The notes: generated by a model from the letters alone, not told the origin. A DNA stretch of 64,000 nucleotides from an uncultured Acidobacteriota bacterium (GCA_963836075.1 CAWIIB010000009.1:1-64000), one strand, 5' to 3'. Shown: positions 41,438 to 52,562, counted from the first letter of the stretch. Translations and numbers: made by a program.

Positions 41438-42023
41438 TGGGGCGCCATTACTAAAATGGGCATCATTAGTACCATTGAACATGCAGGCCATTCCAGGGTG
41501 TCGGGCACCGAACCCGTATTCGACGCCTTGGATATTTTGTCCGTTATTTGCCTAACAATTGACTATCTGGATATCCGTATATCCACATCCTCGAGTTATT
41601 TTAAGACTCGTTCCAGGGCCTGGACTGCCAGGCTCGATGATGGCATTAGAGCTGCGTAATTAGCTGAAGAATCTGATACACATTACCTTTACCGAGCGAT
41701 AGTGACAAGTGTTTGCGTAACGTGCAATCGGTCATAGGCCCAAATAAACCCGGCAGGGCGTTGATATATGGAATGACTGGCGGGGTTTGCCTCCTGGCTC
41801 CGTTCGCGGTGGATGGCCCGGGAGAAACGGCTGCCACAGATCCTGAAAATGGATATCGATTTCGATGCGGAGGGGCGGTCCGGACTGCCCCCTGCCATCC
41901 GGGGGCCGGGCCGGTGGCGGACATATCAGTGGCCAAACAGGGGTAATCACTTGATCCAGATTCGCCGATTTGTTGAAATATGTTAGGGTTAAGCAACTAA
42001 TTGACCGGAGGATGGTGGAAACT

Positions 42024-42716
42024 ATGTCCGACAACGATCAGAAACCGGTGAACGGGGCCGGAGTACCGTTCCGGATTCGGGACTGTGCCCTGATCCCGCT
42101 GGCCACCGGTTTGAAGGCGCAGAACCTGAAAGAGCTGCGGGACCTGCTGCAGGATGTTGATGCCGGGTGCGTCTACTACGCCTTCTGGGGCGGGCTGCTC
42201 AAGCCGGGGTTCGAGAACCCGGAGTATGCCAACGACTTTGCCGCCTGGGCCCACAGGTCGCTGCACGACGATGTGCTGGCGGAGAAACTGGGGGTGATCG
42301 ACCCCACCGAATTCGAGAACCTGGAGGCATTGCGGCGTGAACTGCTGGACGTGATCGAGGAACACCTGGACACTATCGAAGCCATCGCCTGGACGCGCCG
42401 CGACCAGCAGTTCAACTTCATCACCTCGCAGATCGTGGTCTTTGACGCCCAGCGGGAGATCACCGAGCCGCGGGAACTGTCGGCGCTGGTGGGGCAGTTG
42501 AGCAGCAGCAGCGTCTTTTACCACTTCATCGACGCCCGCCGGCGCACCGAGGAGTCGATGGACGACTTCCGGGTCTGGCTCAACGGGTTCGGGGACCGGT
42601 TCAGCGACCTCCAGGAACAGCTGGCCGAAGTGGACCCCTATTTTTCCACCCTGGTGGAGCTGCGCCAACGGCTGGCCTCGCTCTTCGAGGGCTATTTCAT
42701 CGCCAACCGGCACTGA
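42024..42716 (+). CDS. DUF5752-like protein with internal two-fold repeat
   Basis: Repeated VYY/VFYH...ND/DDF..W....LAE.L..(I/V)DP....L.ELR pattern; directly upstream of treT. Confidence 0.75.
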   Translation: MSDNDQKPVNGAGVPFRIRDCALIPLATGLKAQNLKELRDLLQDVDAGCVYYAFWGGLLKPGFENPEYANDFAAWAHRSLHDDVLAEKLGVIDPTEFENLEALRRELLDVIEEHLDTIEAIAWTRRDQQFNFITSQIVVFDAQREITEPRELSALVGQLSSSSVFYHFIDARRRTEESMDDFRVWLNGFGDRFSDLQEQLAEVDPYFSTLVELRQRLASLFEGYFIANRH

Positions 42717-42721
42717 GGACC

Positions 42722-43954
42722 ATGCTCGAAGCCTACACAGACATCGTCGGCAGGGACGTCATCGAACACCTGCGCCAGCTGGTGGCCCCGCTGCGGGGCA
42801 TGAAGGTGGTCCACGTCAACTCCACCCGCGAGGGCGGGGGCGTGGCCGAAATCCTGCACAAGCTGGTGCCCCTGCAGCAGGACCTGGGGATCGATTCCTC
42901 GTGGGAGGTGATCACCGGCAACCCCGATTTCTATCACTGCACCAAGAACTTCCACAACGGCCTGCAGGGTAACCGGGTGGAATTGCCGGACAGCTTGCTG
43001 GACAACTACCTGAAGACGAACGAAGAAAACTGCGAGCGGCTGCGCGGAACCCTGGCCGAGGCCGACCTGGTTTTCATCCACGACCCGCAACCGGCCGCCT
43101 TTCTCAAATACTGTCCCGAACGGAAGGGCAAGTGGATCTGGCGCTGTCACATCGACGCCAGCGCGCCCTACCGCCCGGTGTGGCGGTTTCTCCGCGACCT
43201 GGTCATGGACTACGACGCCAGCATTTTTTCGCTGGCCGCCTTTGCCAAACGGCTGCCGCACCCGATCTACCTCATCCCGCCCAGCATCGACCCGCTCACC
43301 GACAAGAACATGGACCTGGTTGATGCGGAGGTCAACCAGCTCTATCCCCGATTCGGCCTCGACCCTGAGCGGCCGATCATGACCCAGGTCTCCCGCTTCG
43401 ACCGCTTCAAGGACCCGCTGGGCGTTATCCAGGCCTACCGGCTGAGCAAGAAGTTCTACCCCACCCTGCAGCTGGTGCTGGCCGGCGGCGGGGCCAGCGA
43501 CGATCCGGAGGGGGCGGTGGTGCTGGACGAGGTGAACGAGGCCTGCCAGGGGGATGGGGACGCCCACGTTCTATTGCTCCCCCCCGACGCCCACCGGACG
43601 ATCAACGGCCTGCAGCGGCTCTCGGATATCATGCTGCAGAAGTCGATTCGCGAGGGCTTTGGTCTGACGGTGACCGAAGCGATGTGGAAGGGCAAGCCGG
43701 TGATCGGGGGCAACACCGGGGGGATCCGGCTGCAGGTGGTGAACCACCACACCGGCTTCCTGGTCAGCTCCCCGGAGGGCGCCGCCCTGCGGATCCGCTA
43801 CATGCTGGGCCACCGTGACCGGATGCGGGAAATGGGCCTCAAGGCCAAGGAGTTCGTGCGGGAAAATTTCCTGCTCACCCGGCTGCTCAGGGAGCACCTG
43901 ACGCTGATGGCGGCGCTGATCAACGGTGCCAAGGACCGCATCGAACTGAACTGA
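42722..43954 (+). CDS. treT: trehalose glycosyltransferring synthase (GT4)
   Basis: HVNSTREGGGVAEIL, IHDPQP, WIWRCHID, QVSRFDRFKDP, DDPEG, QKSIREGFGLTVTEAMWK. Confidence 0.88.
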   Translation: MLEAYTDIVGRDVIEHLRQLVAPLRGMKVVHVNSTREGGGVAEILHKLVPLQQDLGIDSSWEVITGNPDFYHCTKNFHNGLQGNRVELPDSLLDNYLKTNEENCERLRGTLAEADLVFIHDPQPAAFLKYCPERKGKWIWRCHIDASAPYRPVWRFLRDLVMDYDASIFSLAAFAKRLPHPIYLIPPSIDPLTDKNMDLVDAEVNQLYPRFGLDPERPIMTQVSRFDRFKDPLGVIQAYRLSKKFYPTLQLVLAGGGASDDPEGAVVLDEVNEACQGDGDAHVLLLPPDAHRTINGLQRLSDIMLQKSIREGFGLTVTEAMWKGKPVIGGNTGGIRLQVVNHHTGFLVSSPEGAALRIRYMLGHRDRMREMGLKAKEFVRENFLLTRLLREHLTLMAALINGAKDRIELN

Positions 43955-43960
43955 CCGATC

Positions 43961-44761
43961 ATGGAGCTTCTGGACAACACCTTTGACACGGCCCGCTTCT
44001 GGGCCGAGGTGGCCGAGGCCGGGCAGTCGCTGCTGATGCTCGACTATGACGGCACCCTCTCGCCCTTCGTGGTCCAGCGCCACCAGGCGGTGCCCTACCC
44101 CGGAGTGCGAAAACTGCTGCGGCGGATCATCGCCGCGGGCCGCACCCGGGTGGTGGTGGTCACCGGCCGCAGCGCCGGCGACCTGGTCCCCCTGCTGGGC
44201 CTGGAACAACCGCCGGAGATCTGGGGCTCCCATGGAGGCGAGCGGTTGATGCCCGACGGCAGCTACCAGCTGAAGACGCTGGAGGAGTCGTATGTCACCG
44301 GCCTGCAGCAGGCGGACACGGTGATCGAGGGGACGACCCTGCCCCGGCACTTCGAGATCAAACCACTGGGCCGCGCGTTTCACTGGCGCGGCCTGTCGGA
44401 GAAGGATCGCCGCCGCGCGGAGCGGCTGGTGACCGAACCGTGGCGCCGGATCGCCGAAACCAGCGCCCTCGAGCTGCGGGGTTTTGACGGCGGCGTGGAA
44501 CTGCGTGTTCCCGGCGTGGACAAGGGCCAGGCCGTGGCCCAACTGCTGGAAGAGATGGGCCGGACCCCGGCCGCCTATCTCGGTGACGACCTCACCGACG
44601 AGGATGCGTTCGGGGCGCTGGGCGAGCGGGGCCTGTCGGTGCTGGTCCGTGAGACCTGCCGCTCCACCGCTGCCCGGCTGTGGCTCAAGCCGCCTGAGGA
44701 ACTGATCGGTTTTCTGCTGCGCTGGCTCGACGCCACGGAGCAAAGGGAGGGGGGACGATGA
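43961..44761 (+). CDS. otsB: trehalose-6-phosphate phosphatase
   Basis: LMLDYDGTLSP, TGR, GSHG.E, DKG.A, YLGDDLTDEDAF. Confidence 0.93.
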   Translation: MELLDNTFDTARFWAEVAEAGQSLLMLDYDGTLSPFVVQRHQAVPYPGVRKLLRRIIAAGRTRVVVVTGRSAGDLVPLLGLEQPPEIWGSHGGERLMPDGSYQLKTLEESYVTGLQQADTVIEGTTLPRHFEIKPLGRAFHWRGLSEKDRRRAERLVTEPWRRIAETSALELRGFDGGVELRVPGVDKGQAVAQLLEEMGRTPAAYLGDDLTDEDAFGALGERGLSVLVRETCRSTAARLWLKPPEELIGFLLRWLDATEQREGGR

Positions 44762-46251
44762 GTGAATCCGTCACCGCGAACAACAGCCGGCTGATCATCG
44801 TTTCCAACCGCCTCCCGGTGGTGCTGACCAAGAGCGAGGATGGGTCCTGGCAGGCCGCCGCCGGGTCCGGGGGCCTGGTCACCGCCATGGCCCCGGTACT
44901 TCGCGACCGCGGCGGCAGCTGGATCGGCTGGACCGGCACGGCAGAGGAAGAACATGCCGACCTGGGTGAACTGCTGGGCCAGGCCACCAGCGAATCGGGG
45001 TACACCATGTCGCCGGTGCGCCTGACCCGTAAGGAGGTGCGGAATTTCTACCTCGGGTTTTCCAACGAAGCGCTCTGGCCGCTGTTCCACGACCTGTTCC
45101 AGCACTGTATTTTCGACGCTGCCTACTGGCAGACCTATCTCCAGGTAAACCGGAAATTCGCCGAGGTGATTACCCAAAAAAGCGGCGAGGATGACTTCAT
45201 CTGGGTCCACGACTACCACCTGATGGACGTGGCGCGGGTTCTGGATGACTGGGGAGTCCGGCGCCGCACCGGTTTCTTCCTCCACATCCCCTTCCCGCCG
45301 CTGGACGTCTTTCTCAAACTCCCCTGGCGGTCCGAGATCCTCAGCGCGTTGCTGGGATTCGACCTGCTGGGGTTCCAGACCATGCGCGACCGGCGAAACT
45401 TCCTCCAGTGTGTAAAGTCCCTGATCAAGGGGGTGGCGGTGCGCGGCAAGGGCCACGTGGTCACGGTGCACACCAAGGACCGTGAGATCCGGGTGGGCAC
45501 CTTTCCAATCAGCATCGATTTCAACGAATTCGCCCAGCAGGCCGACTCCGACGGTGTCGCCAAGGCCGCCTGGTACATCCACGAGAAACTGCCCGAAATC
45601 CAGATCATCCTCGGGGTGGACCGGCTGGACTACACCAAGGGCATACCGCTGCGGATGAAAGCTTTCCGCAACGCCCTGCTCCGCTATCCCGAGCTGCAGG
45701 AGAACGTGGTCCTGGTTCAGGTGACCGTGCCCAGCCGCAGCGAGATCGCCAAGTACCAGGAACTGAAATCGGAAATCGAACGGCTGGTGGGCGAGATCAA
45801 CGGAGAGTTCACCCGGTCAGGCTGGGTACCGATCCACTACATCTGCCGCAACCTCGGACGGGAGGAGCTGCTGGCCTATTACCGCGCTGCCGAGATCGCC
45901 CTGGTCACGCCGATGAAGGACGGAATGAACCTGGTGGCCAAGGAATACTGCGCGTCGAACGTCGATGCCAAGGGTGTGCTGATCCTCAGCGAATTTGCCG
46001 GCGCGGCGGCCGAGCTGCAAAAGGGATCGTTGCTGGTCAACCCCTACGATTTGGACAAGGTGGCCGACGCCATCCACCAGGCGTACCACATGGCAAAAGA
46101 GGAGAAGGAGGCCCGGATGCGCCGGATGCGTCAGCTGATCAAACGGCGAGACATCTTTGCCTGGGTCAACGCGTTCCTCAGTGCCGCCATTGACCGCGAC
46201 CTGAACTCCTACCCGGTCCTCGAAGACTACCGGCCGCAGTTCGAGTTGTAG
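44758..46251 (+). CDS. otsA: trehalose-6-phosphate synthase
   Basis: [60 protein letters not shown]. Confidence 0.96.
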   Translation: MSESVTANNSRLIIVSNRLPVVLTKSEDGSWQAAAGSGGLVTAMAPVLRDRGGSWIGWTGTAEEEHADLGELLGQATSESGYTMSPVRLTRKEVRNFYLGFSNEALWPLFHDLFQHCIFDAAYWQTYLQVNRKFAEVITQKSGEDDFIWVHDYHLMDVARVLDDWGVRRRTGFFLHIPFPPLDVFLKLPWRSEILSALLGFDLLGFQTMRDRRNFLQCVKSLIKGVAVRGKGHVVTVHTKDREIRVGTFPISIDFNEFAQQADSDGVAKAAWYIHEKLPEIQIILGVDRLDYTKGIPLRMKAFRNALLRYPELQENVVLVQVTVPSRSEIAKYQELKSEIERLVGEINGEFTRSGWVPIHYICRNLGREELLAYYRAAEIALVTPMKDGMNLVAKEYCASNVDAKGVLILSEFAGAAAELQKGSLLVNPYDLDKVADAIHQAYHMAKEEKEARMRRMRQLIKRRDIFAWVNAFLSAAIDRDLNSYPVLEDYRPQFEL

Positions 46252-46281
46252 CAACTGTCATCGCGAGCCCCCGACCCGCGG

Positions 46282-47046
46282 TTATTTGTTCCGTGATTCA
46301 ACCAGCCGGCAGATCTGCGCCGCCATATACCCCGCGCCGAACCCGTTGTCGATGTTGACCACGGTGAGCCCGCTGGCGCAGGAGTTGAGCATGCCCAGCA
46401 GGGCGGCCACCCCGCCGAAGGAGGTCCCGTAGCCGATGGAGGTGGGCACACCGATCACCGGCACGCTCACCAGCCCGGCCACCACGCTGGGCAGCGCCCC
46501 CTCCATGCCGGCCACGGCGATGATCACGTCGGCCCGGGCCAGCCGCCGTTCCTGGCTGAGCAGGCGGTGCAGGCCGGCCACACCCACGTCGTGGGCCCGC
46601 TCCACGTTTTCGACCATCAACTCGGCGGTGAGCGCCGCTTCCTCGGCCACCGGGATGTCCGAGGTGCCGGCGGTGAGCACCAGCACGGTGCCCGGCGCCC
46701 GGTGGAATTCCGGCTCCTCGATGATCATCGCCCGGGCGGCCTCGCTGTAAGTCGCCTCGGGGAAGGTGCCGGCCACCAGGTCGTATTTCTCGCGCCCCAC
46801 CCGGGTCACCAGCACCGGGCACTTTCTCTCGCGCAGCTTGGCTGCAATGGCCAGGATCTGCTCCGGTGTCTTCCCCTCGCCGAAGATCACTTCCGGGAAT
46901 CCCTGCCGCAGGTGGCGGTGATGGTCGAGCTTGGCAAAACCGAGATCCTCGAACGGCAACTGCCGCAACCGTTCCATACCCTCATCCACATCCAGTGTCC
47001 CGTCACGCAGGGAGACGAGCAGCGCCTCCAGATCCTTCAGGTTCAT
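46282..47046 (-). CDS. larB: nickel-pincer cofactor biosynthesis protein LarB (PurE-like)
   Basis: FAKLDHHR..RQGFPEVIFGEGKT, AGTSDIPVAEEA, DVGVAGLHR, AGMEGALPSV, LNSCASG..VVNIDNGFGA. Confidence 0.92.
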   Translation of the reverse strand: MNLKDLEALLVSLRDGTLDVDEGMERLRQLPFEDLGFAKLDHHRHLRQGFPEVIFGEGKTPEQILAIAAKLRERKCPVLVTRVGREKYDLVAGTFPEATYSEAARAMIIEEPEFHRAPGTVLVLTAGTSDIPVAEEAALTAELMVENVERAHDVGVAGLHRLLSQERRLARADVIIAVAGMEGALPSVVAGLVSVPVIGVPTSIGYGTSFGGVAALLGMLNSCASGLTVVNIDNGFGAGYMAAQICRLVESRNK

Positions 47047-47205
47047 CGACCGTATCTCCTTCTCCCCGCCGCACCCGCCGGCGGCCACCGCTCAATTGAC
47101 ACCCCCCGGGCCCTCATAATAACATGGCCGCCGTTCCTCTATCCGGTCTGCTTACGGTAACCCGGCCGGCGGGGGCCGTTCTTTTTTTCTCAAGGGAAGG
47201 GATCC

Positions 47206-47949
47206 ATGGGCAGCAAACAGGTCCACCGCGGCAGTATCGAATCGGTCCCGCCATCCACGCTGATCGCCGACATTTTTGCCGGCCGGTTCACCGGCGTCCT
47301 CACCCTGGAACAGGGGAAGCGGAAGAAGTCCCTCTATCTCAAAAGTGGAACGCTGATTTTCGCCGAATCCACCGACGAGGAGGACCTGCTGGGACAGGTG
47401 CTCCTGCAAGGAAACCGGATCAGCGAGGAGAAAATCGTCGCGGCCCTCGAGATTCAGCAGAACCAGAAGGAACAGGGCGAACGCCTGCTGGGGAAGATCC
47501 TGGTCAGTGAGGGGTTCATCGAACCGCTGGACCTGGGCTGGGCGGTGAAAACCCAGGTGGAGGGTATCTTCTGTGACTGCTTCCACTGGAAGGGGGGCAG
47601 CTTCATTTTCGAGGAGCAGTACGACCCCGACTCCTGGGAGGTGATCACCCTCGACCTGCCGATGCCCGACCTGCTGCGCCTGGCCCTGGGCAAACTCCAG
47701 GATCCCGGTTCGCTGGCCGCCATGCTGGGTGATTTCAATCAGCGGATCGAGATATCGGCCCAGTGGGAAGAACTGGCGCAGCTGTTCAGGCTGGCCACCC
47801 GGGAGCTGGACCTGCTGAACCGGGCCCGGGATGGAGCCGACACCCTGGCCACGCTGCTCCTCTCCTCCCCATCCTCCGCAGCCGAAACCGCCCGCGCCGC
47901 CCTGCTGCTGAAGCAACTGGGCGTCCTCTCTCTGGGTCCGGCCTCCTGA
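47206..47949 (+). CDS. DUF4388 (PatA-N-like) domain protein
   Basis: FTGVLTL, KSLYLKSG.LIFAES, LGQVLL..NRIS, LLGKILV, F.WKGGSF.FEE. Confidence 0.8.
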   Translation: MGSKQVHRGSIESVPPSTLIADIFAGRFTGVLTLEQGKRKKSLYLKSGTLIFAESTDEEDLLGQVLLQGNRISEEKIVAALEIQQNQKEQGERLLGKILVSEGFIEPLDLGWAVKTQVEGIFCDCFHWKGGSFIFEEQYDPDSWEVITLDLPMPDLLRLALGKLQDPGSLAAMLGDFNQRIEISAQWEELAQLFRLATRELDLLNRARDGADTLATLLLSSPSSAAETARAALLLKQLGVLSLGPAS

Positions 47950-48059
47950 ACCGTCAAATTCTGAATTGGTATGAAAATTATACTTTTTCCATACCATTCC
48001 TGTACCATTTCCGCACTGAGGCTTATTGATGGCTGGCGGCCCGGGGTGGCGGTCGGGAT

Positions 48060-49889
48060 TCAGGCAGGGTCCCGGAAGCGCTCCCGGATCGTCTCGATGA
48101 TCGCCGTGGTGGCCCGGCCCGCCACCAGGGGGATCACCACCACCCGGCCGCCGGCGGCTTCCACCTCTTCCCGGCCCACGATCTGCTCCGGCGTCCAGTC
48201 CCCGCCCTTGACCAGGACGTCGGGCCTGACCCGGCGGATCAGTTCCAGGGGCGTGTCCTCCTCGAAGGGGAGCACCCGGTCCACGCAGTCGAGGGCGGAG
48301 AGGATGGCCGCCCGTTCATCCAGGGGCAGGATGGGCCGTTTGTCGCCCTTGAGGCGCCGGACGGAATCGTCGCTGTTCAGCCCCACCACCAGGAGGTCCC
48401 CCTCGGCCCGGGCCCGCTCCAGAACCCTGATGTGGCCGCTGTGCAGCAGGTCGAAGCAGCCGTTGGTGAAGACCACCTTGCGGCCGTCGGCCCGGGCCTG
48501 GTCCAGGAACCCGGTGATGTCGCCCGGGGGTGTGGCCGGTCCGCCCTGGTCGCCGTCGTCGTCCACCGAGGTCACCGGGATGCCCGGGGAGAAGGACCAG
48601 TTGTGGGCCAGCCGGACAATGCCCACGTCCTTGAGCCGCGAGCGGACACGGAAGGAGTGGAGGCCGCGATGGTAGTCGAAGGCGTAACCGTCCTTGCGGT
48701 GCACGGCGAGGTCGAGGAAGTAGGTTCCCCCCACCAGGTCGAGGGAGGGGATCCGGAAGGCGAAGGTGTGCGGGCCTCGCTCCACCTCGCCCGGCCGCAG
48801 CCCCTCGATATCGGTGTTGGTGCCGTAGCAGCAGACACCGCCGGCGTCGAAGATTCCCACACCGAAGACGATCCCCTTTTCCCCGTCCAGCCGCACCTCG
48901 AAATCGGCCCTGATGGTCATGGACTGCCCCGGCTGGTAGACATACCGCTCGCTGCCCTCGCCGTCCAGCAGGGTCACCGCCGTGATCTCCATCTCCCTGG
49001 TGCCCCAGCGGCGGCGTTCGGGCTCGGCGGGCTCGGCGGCCTCGGCGCCCTCCTCGGCCGGCTCAGCAGTGCCGGCATCCTCGACTTCGGCCGGCGCATC
49101 GGCGTCCACCCGCCCCCCCCGGCCCACCAGCTCGGCGTCCTCCTTGCCGGCCACGTCCAGCAGGTAGGCGTCGATCACCCGCCGCGGGTCACCGGAGTCG
49201 CGCATCTTCCCCTCGTCGATCCAGATCGCCCGATCGCAGAGCCCTTCCACCATGTCCAGGGAGTGGGTGACCAGCACGATGGTCTTGCCCCGCCGCTGGA
49301 AGTTGCGGATCCGCTCGATGCACTTGTGGGAGAAGGCCTCGTCCCCCACGGCGAGGATCTCGTCGATGAGCAGGATCTCGGGGTCGACGTGCACGGCCAC
49401 CGAGAAGCCCAGCCGCATATACATCCCGGACGAATAGGTTTTCACCGGCGCGTCGATGAACTCTTCCAGGCCGGCGAAGGCGACGATCTCCTCGAAGCGC
49501 CCGGTTATCTCCTGTTTGCTCAGGCCGAGCATGATGCCGTTGATGAAGACGTTTTCACGCCCGCTGATCTCGGGGTGGAAGCCGGCGCCCAGCTCGATCA
49601 ATGCCGCGATCCGGCCGCTGGTGGTCACCGTGCCGCTGGTGGGGCGGCTGATCCCGGCAATCAGTTTGAGCAGCGTGCTCTTGCCCGAGCCGTTGGAACC
49701 GATGATGCCCACCGTATCGCCGGCGGGAACGCTGAAGCTGACCTCGTCCAGGGCCTGGATCACCTGGCTGCGCGAGGCGCCGATGGCCCGGTCGCGGCCG
49801 AGGAGCATGCTCTTCAGCGACTGGAACCGGCGCCGGTAGGCATAGCGGCGATAGGCCTTGGAGACACTGTCCAGCACAACTGGATCCAT
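48060..49889 (-). CDS. wzt: Wzt-type polysaccharide ABC exporter ATPase with Wzt_C domain, fused in frame to an RfaE-domain-II (HldC-like) adenylyltransferase
   Basis: [28 protein letters not shown]; Wzt_C RWGTRE...YGTNT; then [15 protein letters not shown]...GLNSD.SV..LKG..RPI...LVKGGDW. Confidence 0.85.
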   Translation of the reverse strand: MDPVVLDSVSKAYRRYAYRRRFQSLKSMLLGRDRAIGASRSQVIQALDEVSFSVPAGDTVGIIGSNGSGKSTLLKLIAGISRPTSGTVTTSGRIAALIELGAGFHPEISGRENVFINGIMLGLSKQEITGRFEEIVAFAGLEEFIDAPVKTYSSGMYMRLGFSVAVHVDPEILLIDEILAVGDEAFSHKCIERIRNFQRRGKTIVLVTHSLDMVEGLCDRAIWIDEGKMRDSGDPRRVIDAYLLDVAGKEDAELVGRGGRVDADAPAEVEDAGTAEPAEEGAEAAEPAEPERRRWGTREMEITAVTLLDGEGSERYVYQPGQSMTIRADFEVRLDGEKGIVFGVGIFDAGGVCCYGTNTDIEGLRPGEVERGPHTFAFRIPSLDLVGGTYFLDLAVHRKDGYAFDYHRGLHSFRVRSRLKDVGIVRLAHNWSFSPGIPVTSVDDDGDQGGPATPPGDITGFLDQARADGRKVVFTNGCFDLLHSGHIRVLERARAEGDLLVVGLNSDDSVRRLKGDKRPILPLDERAAILSALDCVDRVLPFEEDTPLELIRRVRPDVLVKGGDWTPEQIVGREEVEAAGGRVVVIPLVAGRATTAIIETIRERFRDPA

Positions 49890-49891
49890 TG

Positions 49892-50686
49892 CTACACTTC
49901 CTCCACCAGCGTGTCGCGCAGCCGGTCGAAGACCCAGTAGCCCAGGGCGAAGACCAGCAGGGCCAGCAGGGCCATGGCCGCCAGCCGTTGAACGTGGATC
50001 TCGCCGGGGAAGAGGAACGCACCCTGGTAACCCATCATCAGGTGGGTCATGGGGTTGATCTCCAGCGCCACGCGGAGGAACGGCGGCAGGTCGGCCACAA
50101 AGGAGTACGGGTAAATCACCGGGGAAGCGAAGAACCAGAGGGTCAGCAGGTTGGCCAGGATGTCCTTCAGGTCGCGGAAGTGGACGCTCAGCGAAGAGAT
50201 GAGCAGGGCCAGCCCCATGGTGAAGAAGAACTGGATCAGCACCACCGGAAAGAACCAGAGGGTGTGCAGGCCGGGATAGACGCCGAAGAAGATCATGCAG
50301 GCCAGCAGCACCGGCAGGGCGAGGAGGAAGTGGACCAGGTTGGCCAGCACGGCGACCACCGGCAGCACTTCGGCAGGGAAGAGGATCTTCTTCAGCAGTC
50401 CGCCGCCGGAAATGATCACCGTGGACGACTCCATCAGTGACGAACTGAACCAGGTCCAGGGCAGGATGCCGCAGAAGAGGAACAGCGGGTAGTTGTCCAC
50501 CTGGCCGAACTTGGCCTTGATGATGTAGGTGAAGACCACGGTATAGACGAGGAGCAGGAGGAGTGGGTTGAGCAGCGACCAGAAGTAGCCGAGGAAGGAG
50601 CCGCGGTAGCGGGCCTTCAGCTCGCGGACCACCATGGTCTGGATCAGCGTCCGGTAACGTGTCAGCCGCTGCAGGTTGGCAAACAC
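49892..50686 (-). CDS. wzm: Wzm-type ABC exporter permease
   Basis: [37 protein letters not shown]. Confidence 0.92.
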   Translation of the reverse strand: MFANLQRLTRYRTLIQTMVVRELKARYRGSFLGYFWSLLNPLLLLLVYTVVFTYIIKAKFGQVDNYPLFLFCGILPWTWFSSSLMESSTVIISGGGLLKKILFPAEVLPVVAVLANLVHFLLALPVLLACMIFFGVYPGLHTLWFFPVVLIQFFFTMGLALLISSLSVHFRDLKDILANLLTLWFFASPVIYPYSFVADLPPFLRVALEINPMTHLMMGYQGAFLFPGEIHVQRLAAMALLALLVFALGYWVFDRLRDTLVEEV

Positions 50687-50820
50687 CAGGCACGTCCTCC
50701 CGCCGGGCAATCCCGCGTGCCGGGGGGTGCACCCGGCTTCAATGCGAGAGGGCCGCCAAAGGCGGCCCTTCTCCATTCAATAAAAATCAGTGTTCCGGAT
50801 CCGGCACCCGGCAATGGTCG

Positions 50821-51978
50821 CTAATCGGCTTCCTCACCTTCCTGCAGCGCCTCGAATTCCTCGAACGGTATTTCCCGACCCTCGTGCACCACGAACATCT
50901 TGATGAACTTCCTCACATCGCCCTTCTCGTCAAAGGAGGTGAGACCGGAGACGCCCGGGTAGTCGCGGAGGTTGAGCAGGGTCATCTGAATCTTCTCCGG
51001 GTACGGCCCCTCCTTCTCGATGGCGTGGGCCAGGATCTTCAGCGCGTCGTAGGCGTGGGCGGCATAAATGTCGGGCTTCTTGCCGAATTTCGCCTGGTAG
51101 GCCTGGGAGAAGGAATGGATCGGCTCCTCTGCCGCATCGGGATCGAACTCGAGCATGGGGAAGATCACCCCTTCGGCCGCGGTTCCCGCCTTGGCCATCA
51201 GGGCGGCTGAGTTGAACGCCCCCACACTGAGCTTGACCACGTCCACCTCCTGGCGCTCGAGCTCCAGCAGGATCTCGGCCAGGTCGTTGTAGTAGCCGGC
51301 GATGTAGACAGCGTTGGCATCGGGGGCATCGAAGGCCTTGATCTCGGCCACCATCTCGCTGAAATCGGTCTGGTGCTCGGGGTAGACATACATCTTGAGG
51401 ATCTTGCCGCCCATGTCCTCGTAATTGTCCACAAAGACCTTCTTCAGACCGCGGCCATAGTCGTTCTGCATGGCCATCACCACCATGTTCCGCTTGATGC
51501 CCATGTTGTCGTAGGCAAACGCCGCCATCCTCGCCCCTTCCAGGACGTCGGAGGGGAAGTTGCGGTAGATGTAGTGGCCGAGGTCGGAAATCAGCGGGCT
51601 GGAGCTGGCCGGGCTGAGCAGCACCCGCTGGGACTGTTCGGCAATGGGCGCCATGGCCCGGGTCACCGAACTGGAAACCCCGCCGATCACCGCCAGCACC
51701 TTCTCTTCACCGAGCAGCGAGGTGATCGCGGTCTCACCCACCGAAGGGGTGGTCTGGCTGTCACGCACCAGCAGTATCAGCGCGTTGCCCCGGATCCCGC
51801 CGGCATTGTTGATCTCTTCCAGGGCCAGCTGCAATCCCTCGTTTACACTCTTCCCGTAGTCGGACGCTTCACCGGTGAGCGGAATGACCGCACCGATTTT
51901 CACCTCTTGTTGACAACCGGTCACAAAGATGAATGTCAGAAGAATTGTGATCAGCAAGGCGCCCTGTTTCGTTCGCAT
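50821..51978 (-). CDS. LivK/LivJ-like periplasmic binding lipoprotein
   Basis: Lipobox VTGC, KIGAVIPLTG, INNAGGIRG, NDYG.GL, YAAHAYDA, GVSGLTSFDEKGD. Confidence 0.88.
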   Translation of the reverse strand: MRTKQGALLITILLTFIFVTGCQQEVKIGAVIPLTGEASDYGKSVNEGLQLALEEINNAGGIRGNALILLVRDSQTTPSVGETAITSLLGEEKVLAVIGGVSSSVTRAMAPIAEQSQRVLLSPASSSPLISDLGHYIYRNFPSDVLEGARMAAFAYDNMGIKRNMVVMAMQNDYGRGLKKVFVDNYEDMGGKILKMYVYPEHQTDFSEMVAEIKAFDAPDANAVYIAGYYNDLAEILLELERQEVDVVKLSVGAFNSAALMAKAGTAAEGVIFPMLEFDPDAAEEPIHSFSQAYQAKFGKKPDIYAAHAYDALKILAHAIEKEGPYPEKIQMTLLNLRDYPGVSGLTSFDEKGDVRKFIKMFVVHEGREIPFEEFEALQEGEEAD

Positions 51979-52196
51979 GATGCCTCCCGGGTTAGCGGAT
52001 GTTCAAGGACGTATCAGGATAGTATGATCCTTAGAGTATACCGTTTAACAGTAGGGGTGAATCTAGCAGAGCGGTGGGGTGTTGTCAAGAATCGCGTAAG
52101 AGGAATCCTGATCGTATCCTCCTCATTTCAGACATCTTGTCTTCCGGGGCAGGGGAGGACACAGAAAGGGATGATTTTTCCGCCGGGTTTGGCGTG

Positions 52197-52562
52197 TCAG
52201 GCGAGCAGCCCTTTGACGGTCGCGACGAATTCCTGCCGGTCGAACGGTTTGGCGAAGGTGTGGTTGGCGCCGAAGGTGCTGGCCAGCCTGAGATACTCGC
52301 CAGGCCCCATTTTTCCGGCCCCGGATATGGCGATGATCTTGACCTCCGGGTTTTTCTTCCTCAACTCCATGATGGTCTCGATCCCTTCCTTACCCGGCAT
52401 GATGATGTCGGTGACGATCAGGTCGATGTCGTTTTCATCATAGGCCTTGATCCCGCTTTCACCATCTTCGGCTTCGAACACGTCGAAGCCTTCCATCTCC
52501 AGCGTTTTCCGGGTCAGCGACCTGACATGTTCCTCGTCCTCGATAATCAGAATGCGTGGCAT
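52197..52562 (-). CDS. single-domain response regulator
   Basis: ILIIEDE, TDIIMP.KEG, IAISG, AKPF. Confidence 0.92.
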   Translation of the reverse strand: MPRILIIEDEEHVRSLTRKTLEMEGFDVFEAEDGESGIKAYDENDIDLIVTDIIMPGKEGIETIMELRKKNPEVKIIAISGAGKMGPGEYLRLASTFGANHTFAKPFDRQEFVATVKGLLA

